Source of the DNA: Phoronis australis
Taxonomy: Eukaryota > Animalia > Phoronida
Direction: 5' to 3'
NCBI GenBank assembly: GCA_002633005.1
Contig: NMRA01000688.1
Location: 4,977 to 68,976, forward strand
Length of the DNA stretch: 64,000 bases
A program made the position numbers and the translations under genes. The notes beneath the pieces were generated by a model, which worked only from the letters and a program-made list of their open reading frames with translations, did not search any database and had not been told where the DNA came from. This document shows positions 1 through 14,400 of this stretch, one piece after another. Positions within the stretch are counted from its first letter, which is position 1; each line of letters opens with the position of its first letter.

Positions 1-539
1 GAATGTTTTTCTATAATTTTATGCTCCCTCTAACTATAAAAGGTGAATTGATATGATAGTTCTTAAATTTCTGGAATAGAATTTCATTTAAAAGGAGATG
101 ACATGACAAATAAACTGACCAAAAGGCGAAAAGCTATTACCAGACGATACATGCTGTCTACTCACTGTCTAGCTCAGGCCTAAGAGTAGGACTACGACTT
201 GGCTGGTAATAGATTGGTAGAAGATAGTTCGTTGGCATTGGCGGTACCTGATTTAGTGAAAAATTGCAGCAACTAATTACGGGACCCATTGTTCAACGAA
301 TGCATGTTCTCTCTAAATCTTACACTGCCAGTATATATCTGAACTGTAAAACTTTTGTGTAAGTCAAGTTGCCTAGGCCCTGAGGGCCTCTCTTTCATAG
401 CTGCCGTCTTGCCTGAACCAGTTTTCACTGAATAATGACTTTTGTTGTCATACAGGGAAAGCTGCTTCCCATTTTCAAAAGGGTTCTTTTACTTCATACT
501 TAAATTCTACATCTCTGAGTGCCCGACCAGCACACTGAT

Positions 540-1270
540 GGGATTAGCGTTGGCGCGAAGCTGTGTATTAAACATGCAGCTTTGAGCCGATGTGGGTAAA
601 AAACTGACCAGATCCAAACTGACATGAAATTAGTGTCATTAAAAACTTCACTCTTCCTTGAGTAAACTAAAATATTTACCAGCGTTGGAAAATTGGCGTT
701 CTACCGTTATTTCACTGCTAAAGTTGTGGAGCGATCTTTTGCGTCGTCTTCAGGCTCCATGAAATATGCTATGTCACCTATTAGTCAGTTTCTCTTTTCC
801 TACTATTCTTCGAGGTTGCATACATGTCACAACATATTATTGGAACTGGTTTCATGTCGTCTAAATTTTTAGTATTTTATATCAGTAAGCTGAATTTCCG
901 AACAAACTTTGCTGCTGCAAAGCTGTCATCATCTCCCGAGAGATGTTGCAAAGAATTTAGCAAATGGCGCATATGCGTATCACGAGCGTACCGTTTTCAA
1001 AATGATGTCAGACTTTTCTTTGTTGCAAAAAGCGGAGAATTGCGCTAGAAAATGACGTTTATTAGATCGTTTTTCACTTAAACTGCTCTAACGAGCAAGG
1101 GGAGTGTCAGTTAACTCCCAGATTTGGCATACATCCCCGCCGGTCTAGCACAACTATCTGGGCTGTGTACAATTTCGAGGTCTGTCTGAGCTGAACACAC
1201 AGTGGTATCTTGCTAGGTATATTTTGTCGATAGTCTTCATACAGCTAGCTGGCTGGCTATGATCAGATAT
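540..1270. repeat. Dispersed repeat, inverted homologue of 51680-52390
   Basis: Shared blocks such as tcacgagcgt, acttttctttgtt, agaaaatgacgtt-attagat, actcccagattt and aacacacagtg. Confidence 0.65.
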
Positions 1271-2263
1271 AGTGGTCTCTGATTTAGAGAAACAGGCAAC
1301 CACTGAATAACAAGCCCATCATTTAGTCAGATGAAACTGGTTCTCTAAATAGGATACTCGTGCCCATACACCCCACTGAGAATTGGGGTCCACCTTAGCA
1401 AGTCGAATTTAATTCCTATTACCATATACCTGTACTTTTACAATTACTTCTGTAATTAATACTCTTACTAAAAAACTAGTTTTTGCTGTAAATGAATATT
1501 TGTCAGTTGTCGTTAAAGTGCTCAAGAGAGGTTGTCATCTAATAGCAAACCTGACAAACCTACGATTTTAGTATTGTCAGCAGGTTTGTGGTTAGCTCAA
1601 ATTACAGCGAAGACATGTGGGATGAGAGAGATTCAGTGGAAACACATGCTCTATGAACACAGCAGTTCGATGCACAACAATCAGTTTTCCTGAAATCTCC
1701 CAAAAGGGCAAATTTGATGGCAACTATTGTGAATCAGTCCAGTGGCAACAAGAAGCACTCATGTAAGACAAGATGGGCAGAGCGACAGTGTTTTTTGCTG
1801 TTTCCAGTAGATTACCGTATGACTGGCAGCACCAAAAAGGAGTGCGGCGGGCCGCCCAGATTTATATGGGCAGGAGAAACACTGCCAGTGTATTGGATTT
1901 AGTGTTGCATATGCTACATAGATTCAAGCACATTGATGAATGTACCATCCAGGAACTGTGATCACCAAACTTTTTGAGACTCAAAAATTGACCAATCGAA
2001 TCACATGTGATTTTCAAGTTTAACAGAAGCTTGCCACACAATTTTTCAATTTTTGATTCCAGTCTCAAGTAAAAGTTGGTGGTTACAGTCACAATGGTTA
2101 TAACTACTCTGAAAAGCGATGTATGTCTCACAGTTATTATTGGTACAGGGGTACAAAATAATAAAGCACCTAAGATGCACAAAACACCAAGAAAGGAAAA
2201 GTTTACTTGCCATGCTCAATATTCTATTCAGGCAACTGAAACTGGACGTCTGAAGCTGTAACC

Positions 2264-2427
2264 ATGGCAACTGGTCTTGCTCAAGAGGAAGAAGTCTCGA
2301 AAATCCCCAGTTCTGCCAAAAATGGAGGATTAAGAGCCAACCTTGTTCATTGCTCTAAGGACACCTTTGTGTGCAAGATGGTATCACTTCTGAAGCTGGA
2401 GCGGGATGAGGAAATAAGCCAAACCAA
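2264..2427 (+). CDS. IGHMBP2: IGHMBP2 coding exon 1 ([10 protein letters not shown]...[21 protein letters not shown])
   Basis: ACCATGG start context; LLKLERDEE matches the IGHMBP2 N-terminus (LLELERDAE); donor AA|gtgag, phase 2. A possible acceptor at 2230-2231 suggests an upstream UTR exon. Confidence 0.85.
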
Positions 2428-5400
2428 GTGAGATCATTAGTGGGATATCTTAATGCTGTGTGTCTTGTTGTATGTCCTTCACTAACCTTTGAGTGTTAGA
2501 TTGTTCTTCCATCACAACTCTACCCTTCTCATTAAGTCTTATCAAGTTGGTGCAATGACAACTTTTATGAATGGGAACAAATATTTGAAAAGAAAACATA
2601 CCCCAGTGAGGCTGTCATAGTGTCTGGGTGCAAGTCTTGGATGACTATTTTAGGGCCTAATATTGATCTCCTATGTGCCAGATATAAGTTGTGATCATAT
2701 TATCCGACTTATTATTTAAAAGTTTTAGGTAAAGAAGAAATCCTGATTCCTGTGCATTCACAACAGGACACTCTATCGTGTCATCTGAGAATTTTTTTTC
2801 TCAGATGTGGTGAGGATTTTTGTAGTTAACAATTTATCCTGTGAATATGAGGGTCTGTGATTCTGATGTTGAGAGGATGTGGGCCTGATGAGGGGTATTT
2901 TGTGTGATTTTTAAGCATTTTTCACAGGGGAATGATGCCAAATATCGCTCCCAAAGTCATGACATTGAGAGCCCTGTGCAAATGTTAACTGATTTTTTCC
3001 TAGGCTGTTGCTTGAAAATGTGCATGCCAAAGAATTGGAACGCAAGGGAGTATGCTTACTCAAGCTGCGCCTATCCAGTCGTCATACAGGACTCTACGGT
3101 CGTTCTGTGTTGGTATTTGAACCATTCTGGCAAGGCAAGGAACTGCCTTCTCACAGTCTAACACCAGGTAGTCCCGAAAATACAAGACTGTTGTCACTGT
3201 TGCCCAAGTTTTTCAATTGTAAATTTTGGTCAAAGAGTGTTTCAATATTATGTCTTAACGTAGATATTGTTTTCTCACAACAAACTTGTGTTTTTAAGTG
3301 GACAACTAGAAAATGTTTTTAAAAATTTTGTTGTAAATTGACTGTCTCAAAATAACTACAAACAGTAATCCTCAAGTTTAAATGAAAATAACTGATGAAA
3401 TTACGTCATTTCCATATTTCTAATGCTGTTTGCATTGTTAAAATGCTGAAAAAAATTGCCAAACTTTGTTTTATGAAAGCTGCACAGTTGTCAACATTTC
3501 CTTGGAGATTTTTTTGAGAAATTTGTCAAAATAAAGTTCCATTATTTGCCATTTTGTGGCGTAGAATGGTTCCATGTAAACCGCGTTAAGTATTATGTAG
3601 TTGGATATGTAAGTGCTGCTAAGGGTTTCCTATTAACCTTCTTGATAATGAATGACCACGTGATTGCTATCCTATTGTTTTCGCACATTTTCTGATTTTA
3701 GGAGACATCGTTGGACTCTGTTTGTCGCAATCAGAGGGCGCTCAGGATCAGCTGTCCTCAGGTCTTGTGTCGCGTGTCAACCAAACATCTGTCAGTGTCG
3801 CATTCGATGAGTCCTACGACAGTCTAGACCTTGACGAGGACACACAGTATAAGCTGACAAAACTGGCCAATGATGTGACGTATAAAAGAATCAAGAGGTG
3901 CGAGTGTTGTTAAATATTATCCATTTCTGTAGCTGTAAATCTGTTAATTTCTTTTTCTGTGGTGACACATCTATTATGTTAGTTTTCTTTGGGAAACTTG
4001 GCCATAGATTTTGTAAGAAATCATATGTAAACCTGCCTTTCTAAGTAACATGTGTATTAGGTTTTTGCCCTGTGTTCCATTGATGAATTTTGAAGATCAT
4101 GCGTATTGCCAGTTGCAAGTTATACAATGCTTGTTACACATTCCAAAGTCCCTCCCCCTGTTGGGTAAATACCACCAGACAAGAAGCAATAATCACTCCC
4201 CCTGTTGGGTAAATACCACCAGACAAGAAGCAATAATCAGCAGATTTAAGATGGTGACGTAATGCACACAACAACATAATAGAATACAGACAGTTCATTG
4301 GCTTAGCTTTCTATTTGTCAAGCTGCCCCAAACACTATGACCACACTCTGTAAATACTATGAAGTCAAAAATGTGGACACACTCCAAAACATGGTGAGCC
4401 CTACCAGTAATTGACCTATCGCAAGCTCCGCCCCTTGTGCAATGTCGACAAACAATAAGTTTTACCCGGCGATGTGTTGTTTGTCGGGTGAAATGGCGAC
4501 TTGGAAATGAAGGTGTGTCAAGAATGATGCGTTCTGATTGGTCAGTTAAGCCGTCACTCAAAATCCTGGCGATAGGTTAAGTCTTATGGTCGGTCTACTT
4601 AAAGAATGCAGCTAAACCTATTGTGACACTTAATTAATGTATATTACGTAACGTGTGCAGTCACTGAATGTTTTCCTTACTGTGAGCTCTGAAAATCAAA
4701 AATTATGTTCAAGTTGTCACTGACATTATCAACAGGGCCTTAGACAAGCTGTCAGCCTACATATCTGGACCGTCGTCGTTACTGATTGACGTGATGTTTG
4801 GTGAGGCTACCCCGAGTCCTCCGATGATGATCGGTCAAGGTAACTACTGCTACAAATCTGTGTGCCTTATGCAAAACGCGCATGTTTGTATGTAAATTTA
4901 ACTGAGTATGCAGTACACATTGACTGTAATCAAGGCTAATATCAAAACACATAGGTTTTTTGTTATCTCAATTCCAAACTCGACGCAAATTTCTAGAGTT
5001 CAATATCACTAGTCATCACTGTCTTTTCTCTAGCCTTAACATCTCCACTGGAGGTATTTATATATGTTTCAAAAATGTACACTCAACGTTTCAAGTGTGA
5101 CCTACTTTTTGACACTTTGTAGGGCCTAAACGTGAAAACCGCGAATCGTACTTGAAGTGCCCAGGAAGTGGGCGCTATCTACCTGTCATCTTAGACATTA
5201 CTCTTTGGGAACTATCCATGGAACTACGGGTAGCATATCGGCAAGAAATAAATATTGACACTAATTTCATAAAGTTTCTAATGCAGTAAAAAACTGTTGC
5301 ATCATTTTTAAGAGGGTGTACTTTTTATTAATCACTTTTTAATGTATCCATAATTTATGTTTTTAAAGTAAAATACCTGATAAGATGCCCCACTGATAGT

Positions 5401-8400
5401 GGACACCTCCGCACCCGAATCTCCCAGAAAATAACTGTCAGACTGCCGCACATCTAGTCACTCAGCGACTCAATGACATTTGGCCTTTGGCCCTACTGAG
5501 ACAAGTCTCGCATGTTTTAATAGTAGATTTGATCAGCAAGTGCTACATAAAACACGTTCTGTGATAGTGCTTGTGTTATTTCTTTAGTTACAATGCACAC
5601 CTATATCATTACGTTGCATTTACTCCGGCAAATGATCGCTGATGACGCGCACACGCTCGCTCATTAACACATGCAGACAATCTTCAACAAAAACGTCACG
5701 TGACATTGACGTGTGTTCGTCGAGAAATTTTTATCATGTTGCAGGATACGATCTTTAATACGCAGATTTGAACCTGTCCTGTTCATAATACCAACTCCAC
5801 AGGAACTTAATCTTAGGGATGCTATTTGGAAAACAGGTAATATGTTGAGTCGATACTATGTTTTTATTCAAGCTATCATGTCGCGAGGCAGTGGCGCATT
5901 GGCGAGTTTTTGCGCTAGGATTTCAGTACAATTTTCCGTAAAATGATCGTAATTTAACAATAAAGTTTGATAGCAATGAATCACAGTTTTGTATATAGTC
6001 TGTCATAGGCTACAGGTACATCACATAGTGTAAATAGCTTCCGATTTCACCCATTTCGTAGACCGGGTTCCAACCACCTTGACCTTACAATTAGGGCCCA
6101 CTCCCCGAAATAAATTTTTCTAAGCGCCTCGGGCGCCTTATTATGGCGAATACGGTACTGTTAATTGCCTCTTCTTAGTAAAGCGATTTATATTTAATGT
6201 TGGTAAAATCAGGCTCTGATTTGATGCTGAGGGCTGAAGTACCAAGCCAACCAAGGTTTTAAACCTGGCGCGGCAATTTTTAAACTTGACGCGCTTTCCC
6301 CAAACTCGTGGCAAAATCCAAACTCGTTACCACAACGAGTCAAATCATGTCATGGAGAACACTGTATCTAATGTGTGCTTACGTACCTAAGACTGACTGT
6401 AAAGTTGTTGTCTTTTTAAAAAATGAGCATGTTCAGTCGGTTTGATTGTTGAACCTGTGGGATTATTGCAGACATTGTTTTCATCAACACTAGACTTGAC
6501 GAGTCACAGAAGGATGCTGTGAGGTTTGCTATTGATCAGAAGGAACTAGCCATAATACACGGACCTCCGGGCACCGGTAAAACTACCACTGTTGTGGAGA
6601 TCATCATACAAGCCATAAAACAGGGCTTGAAGGTACAGTATGATGGTTCAAGCTGACATTGCTCAGCCACCTCCTTGACATTTTCTAATGAATGGCATTG
6701 ATTTTTGGTTCTTGAATAAAATGTTGAGTTTTTTCAATTTCAGTCTTGGGTGACTTTACTTGTCAAGAATATCGTCTAATTGCACAGAATTCTTCATAGT
6801 TCTCTCACATTGTTTACATTTTTTACTCAACTTCAATGGTTCTGTTTGCTCTTGTCTTCATCTGAGTTACCCCTCAATGTAGACATATGTTAGATAATTA
6901 TTTTATTCCATTAAGTATAAACTTAAAGTCCTATGTAGACGTGCCAACTTTGAATCATTCACTGTCTGAACTCCATCTGTGTTCTATCACAGGTCTTGGT
7001 ATGTGCGCCCTCCAACATCGCTGTTGATAACCTAGTGGAACGGTTGGCCAGCTACAAAAAGAAAGTGGTGCGGTTGGGCCACCCTGCCCGACTCCTAGCC
7101 CACATACAGCGTCACTCCTTGGATGCCATCATCTCTGCCAGTGACGAGACTAAGCTTGTAGAAGATGTACGACGTGACCTTGACCGGACGCTGGTAGGTG
7201 TCTGGTGGCTATAATTGGAAGCCACTCATTTATAATTGGAAGCCACTCATTTATAATTGGAAGCCACTCATTTAACTGTTGTCACAGTGCATGAATAGTG
7301 TTCGGTTTGCTTGTCACTGACTACCACACTTCTTAAAGGCGAAGGCAACCTTTTGTCATGTCATTTTTAGCAAAAATAAGGTTTGTTGATTATCCCAGAC
7401 ATATTTTTCACTTATTTACTGCTTTTTGTAATTCAATTAATTACTCGTCTACTCCGGAAGTGACGTTTTGGGAGGTAAGAATTTCGCGCCAATTTCTTTT
7501 CATATAGTTTGACTGTGAGAGCAGTCGAGTCAGTCATTGTTCTGCGTCTGTTGTGATAAGTTCGGTCGTCGTTTGCTTTAATTTGCTTAGGAGTCGGTCA
7601 ACATGCCACGCTGTTGCTGCATACTGGGGTATACAGAGGAAGAACTGTCCCACTTGCCCGAGTGTCCCACGACACACTCCAACTGGAGGGTGATCTGAGC
7701 ACCCAAAATGCTTACATCCCGCCGTGTGACTCCCTCGCCACACACCTGGCACCATCTAAATAGCTCCAATACAAGTTCACGATAAACTTATCAAACTTAG
7801 ACTCACCGATCTGTTCATTGGATGACGAACTGTCCTCTTCACTGGGTGTCGAACTGGGCCTGTATTCACTCCCTCTACTCAACATCGCTGCAGGGCTGCT
7901 TACAGGCTCTGGGATAGAGACAACAGTACAGGGCGAATCACTGCTAGTTCCCGGAATTGCACGCAATGGGGTACGTTCGGAGGCACTGTATATAGAGGCC
8001 ACAGCTGGCAAGGCTTCTCGCTTCAAAAACGCACTTCTTGGGCTTGGTGACGGGGCACTGCCGAGAATCAACAGCGACGATATGGTACCCTTCTTCAGGC
8101 GTTGTTTCGCAGGGACCTTCATCAATTCAGCGTACATATCTCTGTCGTAATCTGACGGCAGAAAATGCTTGCCACGTGTCATCCTTCGGAAAGCGATGCA
8201 AGGTACCCAAAGCACGTGTGAGGCGATAATGAGTACATCCCAGCACGCAGCAACAGCGTGGCATGTTGACTGACTTGTAAACAAAAGCAAACGACGACCG
8301 AACTTATCACAACCGAGGTTGAACAATGACTCATAGTCAGACTATAGTGAAAAGAAATTGGCGCGAAACTATTGCCTCCCAAAACGTCACTTCCGTAGTA

Positions 8401-11400
8401 GAGGACGAGAAATTAATCAAATTACGAAAAGCTGTAATTAAGTGAAAAATGTGTCTGGGATAATCAACGAACCTTATTTTTGCTAAAAGTGACATGAAAA
8501 AAGGTTGCGTTCGCCTTTAAATATGAATGGAAAATGTGATATAATCACCATAGTCAAGTAGTTATGGAGTGTGTTACATGAAAAGTGACTTGAGACGTAA
8601 GACAAAAATTTGATCTTACCTTCCACATAGTGTGATCTTACTTCCACATAGTGTGATTTTACTGGTTTGAACAAATGTGTAGGTGCTACTGCCCTATTGT
8701 TTATTTCCAATTTGGAGTAGTTGTTAGATGCGTGACAAAAGCACTTTCTGTGCCTATTCAAAGACAATAACTAAATAGTGTGCTGATGAGTGATGGGCTG
8801 TTGGGTCTTGTCAGATTGTAACTGTTGTCATCATCATGCACAATGGCTTTGTACCAGACGTAAGGGTTCTGAGGTATAGCAGATTAAATTGATAGTTCTA
8901 GTAGATTGCGTTTGTCAGATGAGACTGAGGCTATGAGGTAATTAGTGGGTGATGGGCCCTCTTGGTTATCGTCAAATGAGACCGAGGCTATGAGGTAATT
9001 AGGGGGTGATGGGCCCTCTTGGTTATCGTCAAATGAGACTGAGGCTATGAGGTAATTAGGGGGTGATGGGCCCTCTTGACTATCGTCAAATCTGTAATTA
9101 TAATCAGTGATTGACAACTATCTGGTGGTGAGCACTTTGTTAATGTGGTAATGTTTTTTGATAATTGTTTGAACGTTTTGTAAATTGGATTGACATAGCA
9201 GCTTTGCAGTATCATAATATATTTGCAGTGAGGTACTTCTTCTCGTATTTGTTTCTAGTCCTCTAACTGTTTGAAACCAGAAATTTACAAATTCGCCTCA
9301 AAACTATGCAGAAAATAAAGAGGGCGTGATAAACGGTTAACAAAACAGTTACGTGTCGGATATGGTAGGCCTCTAATAACAACATTTTCTCTGTTTCATT
9401 GCCAGAAAATATATACTTTGCTTCCATTTCATGGGTCCTTCCATCAAGTATTTGAGTATTATGAGGTTTTTCAGAGTTTCGCAAGGACAGAATTTCTACA
9501 TGACAATAAGATACTGACACTATTGACTTTTCATGGATATACTTTTTCAAAATAATAAAATTGTTTCTTATAAAATACATTTGATTTTTTCAAAGTTTCT
9601 TTTGCGGATTGTATCCAAATACTTATATTATTTTTACGTGTTAAACTTTGCCTCCCTATTTGTATGAAAGACAGCAGAGTAATTCATCTTGGGTTATTTA
9701 ACTCATTTCGTCACAGTCGCAACTGAAGAAGTGCCGAGGACAGGGTGAGCGACAGAAGTTACGAGAAGAGATGAAACACTTGCGCAGAGAAATGAGGCAG
9801 AGGGAAGGGGGCGCCACTGAGCATGTGCTGAAGGCTGCTGAGGTGGTCACGTGTACCCTGACTAGCGCTACAGATGACGGGCCTCTGAAGTATTTAGACG
9901 AGGGATACTTTGACTTGGTTGTCATTGATGAATGTTCTCAAGTAAATAAGTTATTGAATGGAAAAGTTTTATGACTTTTAGCTCATGGCGTAGAAAATTA
10001 CTTTTGCAAAACGCGATTTGATTTAAAGAAATTACATTTTCAGTTTTGAATGACAGCTCACTGCTGAAGTACTTTGTTGAAGGGCAGTTTAGTTTGTTGA
10101 ATGACAGCTAACTGCTGAAGTACTTTGTTGAAGGGCAGTTTAGTTTGTTGAATGACAGCTAACTGCTGAAGTACTTTGTTGAATGACAGCTAACTGCTGA
10201 AGTACTTTGTTGAAGGGCAGTTTAGTTTGTTGAATTATGTGGATCAACATGACTCATTGTGTATGTCAACATTCAGTCTTGTGTGTATTTTTCTACTGAG
10301 CAGACGCCACTTTTTATCAGTTTCCAATTCTCCCCTTGTATTTAGGCACGCGGTGCCAATTTGTTCCCATCATTGAACACTTTCATCCATATTTCATTTT
10401 AAGCCATCACTCTGCTAACACATCGAGTCATGCAGTTGTATATAGCCTCTGATAATAGTCTTTACTACAAAAACAAAGTCTAGCTCTTATGAAAAATAAG
10501 TGCCACTCAGGCGGACTCATTGTACTGATCATCTAGAACCATTTTGTGTTTATAGTTAAAACCGAGCTGAGAAGCTAGAGCTCTTTCTCAATGGTCTATC
10601 AGTGTGACCCAGTGGGACTTGAACCCATGGCCTCAAGTAAAGGAAGTGAACACATATCCCATGAGGCCACACTGCTAATGCCTAGCTCTTTGTCTTGCAT
10701 GTGTTACAATAAATCCTTCCCACTATTCACGCTGTTCACTTTGTATCTCAGGCTCTGGAAGCTGCCTGCTGGATCGCGTTAACTAAAGCACCTCGCTGTG
10801 TCCTGGCTGGTGATCACCTTCAGCTACCACCAACCATATTGTCACAGAAGTAAGTCACTTCGTCAAATTGGTTTATGTGTGTGCTAGCTCAGGGCTGTTG
10901 TTGACTGCACACTCTTGTGTCGTGCCTTTAAAAATTAAACTCTTGTGAGGCGTGATAGACATGTACGTTCTTAACTGTGAAAGTTGATGATGTGAGCAGA
11001 TTTGAGGCCAAAGTTGTCATTGTGGACTTGATAGTCGAGCAAACAGTACGTTGCTTAGGAGTAATACATGAACATGTAAAGGCATTACTGTATTGCTTCA
11101 TATTCTTTATGGTTGGTTCTGAACAATGCATCGATATATTTTGAAATCTGCACCGCACTAAACTAAAAGAATGAATTTCAAAAGCCAAACAAATTACGTG
11201 CACGCAAGATTTTAATTAATTGCATTGGCTTGCCAAATTGTGGATGACTCACTGCCTTCTACATGACTGTTCCCACTCCCCTTCAACTAAAAATGCCACA
11301 TCACATCAATTTCCAGAAAAAAAACAGACCACAACCAATTAATGCAAATAATTGATGAAAACTAATTTTTGTTTCAGAGCAGCCAAGGAAGGTTTAGAAG

Positions 11401-14400
11401 TGACACTAATTGAGCGCCAGCTCAGTCTCCATGGTGACCAGGTGATGAGAATGTTGACTACACAATACAGAATGCATGAATTGATCATGAGGTGGTCATC
11501 TGACCAGCTGTATCATGGGAGATTAGTGGCTGATCCCTCTGTGGCTGGACACTTACTCAGGTATGTAAATATGTGTCTGAATCCAAATCTAGCTGCACAG
11601 ATATGTTGGTAGTAAAGATGTAATGCAGCTGTTTTCTTCCAATTAACAGTTGATTCACAGAAGTCTGAACGCTTATTTGAAAATTTTTTTATTTCTTTTC
11701 TCAAAAGCAACGAGGCTGAAGTACTTGTGATTTGTTTAGTTCTGCCTGCAAATATTTCTTTATCAACATTTTTGCTTGAAAGATCATTTAATATTTTTGT
11801 TTATATAACAGAGTTTGAAAAAATATAGGTCATGCATATGCCGTCAGTTGTGGGTCCCCTCTTGTTATATATTCTCATACAGAGAATTGCCAAAATGTTG
11901 TACTTGTCACAATCCATCAGTTTCTCAACTGGGGATGGTTTCAGTACCACCTGTGGACATGACACACGTGTGTTGGAATAGGAGATAGTACTACTGATAT
12001 CCTATGAAATACCTTCATCTCCGATTTGTCATGGTGCGTAGCATTTCAGCATTGTTGAATAGCTGCACACAAACCCTCTTGTTAGTGTCATATATCTCAC
12101 TAGCTCTACTCTCCCTCCATGTTCTTGTGGAATTCGTGAAGATAAATGCCATATCCACAACTTGTAATGAATGCAGCATAAGTACCAGCCATGTGCTGCC
12201 TTCTGTTGGTGACCCCAGACCAAGAATCTCGAAAGTGTTGGATCAGATCATAAATGAAATCCTTAGTAGACATTTGAGTGGTTTAGTATTTGTTCCTCGT
12301 TTCGACTGGTGTTGTTGAAGACACCAATTGACAAACTAAGATTTGAGGTCTGAATTTAATTTATTCAAGTATACCTTGTGAGTGAAATCTGGCAGTTGTG
12401 GCACGATGAATTTGGGTTAGTTCATAATTTCTTGAGTATCCTCGACAAATTCTGCATATTTCTAATGATTTCTGATATTAGCAGAACTGTTGTATGTATC
12501 ACATTGATATCAAATACCAGGAGCATGTTCTAGGATATCACATGGGGGGGCCCAACCACAAATTTTGAAAAAAAAAATTATTGGTGTGATCCCGAAAAAT
12601 GGTTCAAGTTGTATTTTTTCTTTGGTCTGATGTGGAGAGGTAGGCCCGGGCCATGTGGAGAGGTAGGCCCGGGCCATGAGTGCCTCTTCTCACTCATTCC
12701 ATCCATGATGTAGTGCTTTAGTATTTGCCATCTCGTGTTCCACGTGAAATCTGTAATGCTATCTCACAGTGACTCGCTACCAAAATTAATGCGACTCATT
12801 GAATTCAAATCAGGCCCCCTGACCACCAACTTTACCAGATACTGTTGTTTTGCTATGAATGTTCAATTTTACTAAAAAGATGTCACATGAGTCTAAGAAA
12901 ATGTGTACTTTAACAGAGTTATAATTTATAGTTTTGTAATATTTGGCCAAATGCACAGACTCGTTAATAAGGCTCTATATTACATAGAATTTCTCAGAGG
13001 CATTTACTCCAAACTGTGTGTACTCTATTAATACTGGAAATGCCATTTCTAAGTTCCTTTAAGAGATAAACAAGCGTCAACTTGGTTGTTTTTTGATTGT
13101 GATTATTGTAGTGTTACCTGAAACATGGAGTTTTGTACTGTTCCACTCTGATGTTGTTGTGAAATGCCGAACACTTTCCATTTGTTATGTCACCCCAACA
13201 ATGCCTTGTTGGGGTGACATAACGAACTTCATCTGTTCTAGATAATGAAATATGACATACCTGAGAACCACTCAGTAAATGCTACAAGTGTGGTTAAAAA
13301 AATAGCAACATGACACTTTTATCGCCCCAGTATTGCTGTTACAGGGACCTGCCTGATGTTGATACTAATGAAGACACAGGTATTCCTCTGTTGTTGATAG
13401 ACACAGCAGGCTGCAGCCTGCACGAGCTTGACCTCCCTGAGGAGGTTTCCAAGGGCAACGAGGGCGAGGCGGACCTTGTCTCTGTACATGTCGACAGGCT
13501 CATCAGTAGTGGACTTAAACCTCAGGACATAGCTGTGATTGCGCCTTATAATTTACAGGTGGAGTAGACTAATGGCAATGAGACTATGCTTTATACATTG
13601 TTCTCTGATATGTTTTTAGGAATTGTTTTGAAAATGTTGCACTTTTGCACGAGTGGTTGTTAAAAACAGAACAATCTAGAAGTTCTGTAAAATGAAAACG
13701 GAATGATAGTTTAAACAGTATTTTTGAGATTTTCATCTTGAACATTTATGTCAAGTAAAATTTGATCACGTTATTGATACCATTGCTTTGCTATCAATGG
13801 ATCTTTCTTTGTTGTCAAAAACAAACAAGACATGTTCACGTGACCCAAGTTAGCGCAGAGTGGTAAAAACTCAAAACTCAAATTCTACAGGATTTCTACT
13901 TTCAGAAAATATGTGCATTTACTGAGTTAAAATTAACAGTTTTGTCTAAAATACGCAGATTTGTTTATACGGTGTAACATTACCTTAATATATGCATCTT
14001 ATGAAAGCATTCACTTATGAATATAGTTATTATCAGAAGATAGAAACAATTCTATGGCCGAACCTTTAAGTTCAACAACGGCACCAAAAGATCAATTGGA
14101 TGGACCAATAATAGTTAACATTGCACCATCAACTCCAGTGCCTGCACCAATTGAATCCAATGGTTGGGAATCATCATTAGCCAGACAGTTTCTTTATTAC
14201 GGACTTGACGTCTATGAATATGCATGCTCGACTTTGATATTGACTCCAGTTGGAATTGTGTGTACTGATATGTTTCCTGAGCATGGCACAATTTTCTATT
14301 TGCTTATATTTGTTCCCAGAATAAATTGTTTTGCTAACTGAAGTGTCTAAACTTTAGATTTTGACACTGATTTAAGAAACCACCCTCATGAAACTTAATA

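Noticed and set aside
8884-9117. ORF with a 19-aa repeat ([19 protein letters not shown])
   Set aside because: By-product of a 57-bp intronic minisatellite.
14054-14341. 95-aa ORF in intron 10 as an alternative exon
   Set aside because: No homology to IGHMBP2; exons 10 and 11 already join in phase to give the conserved PYNLQVDLL.
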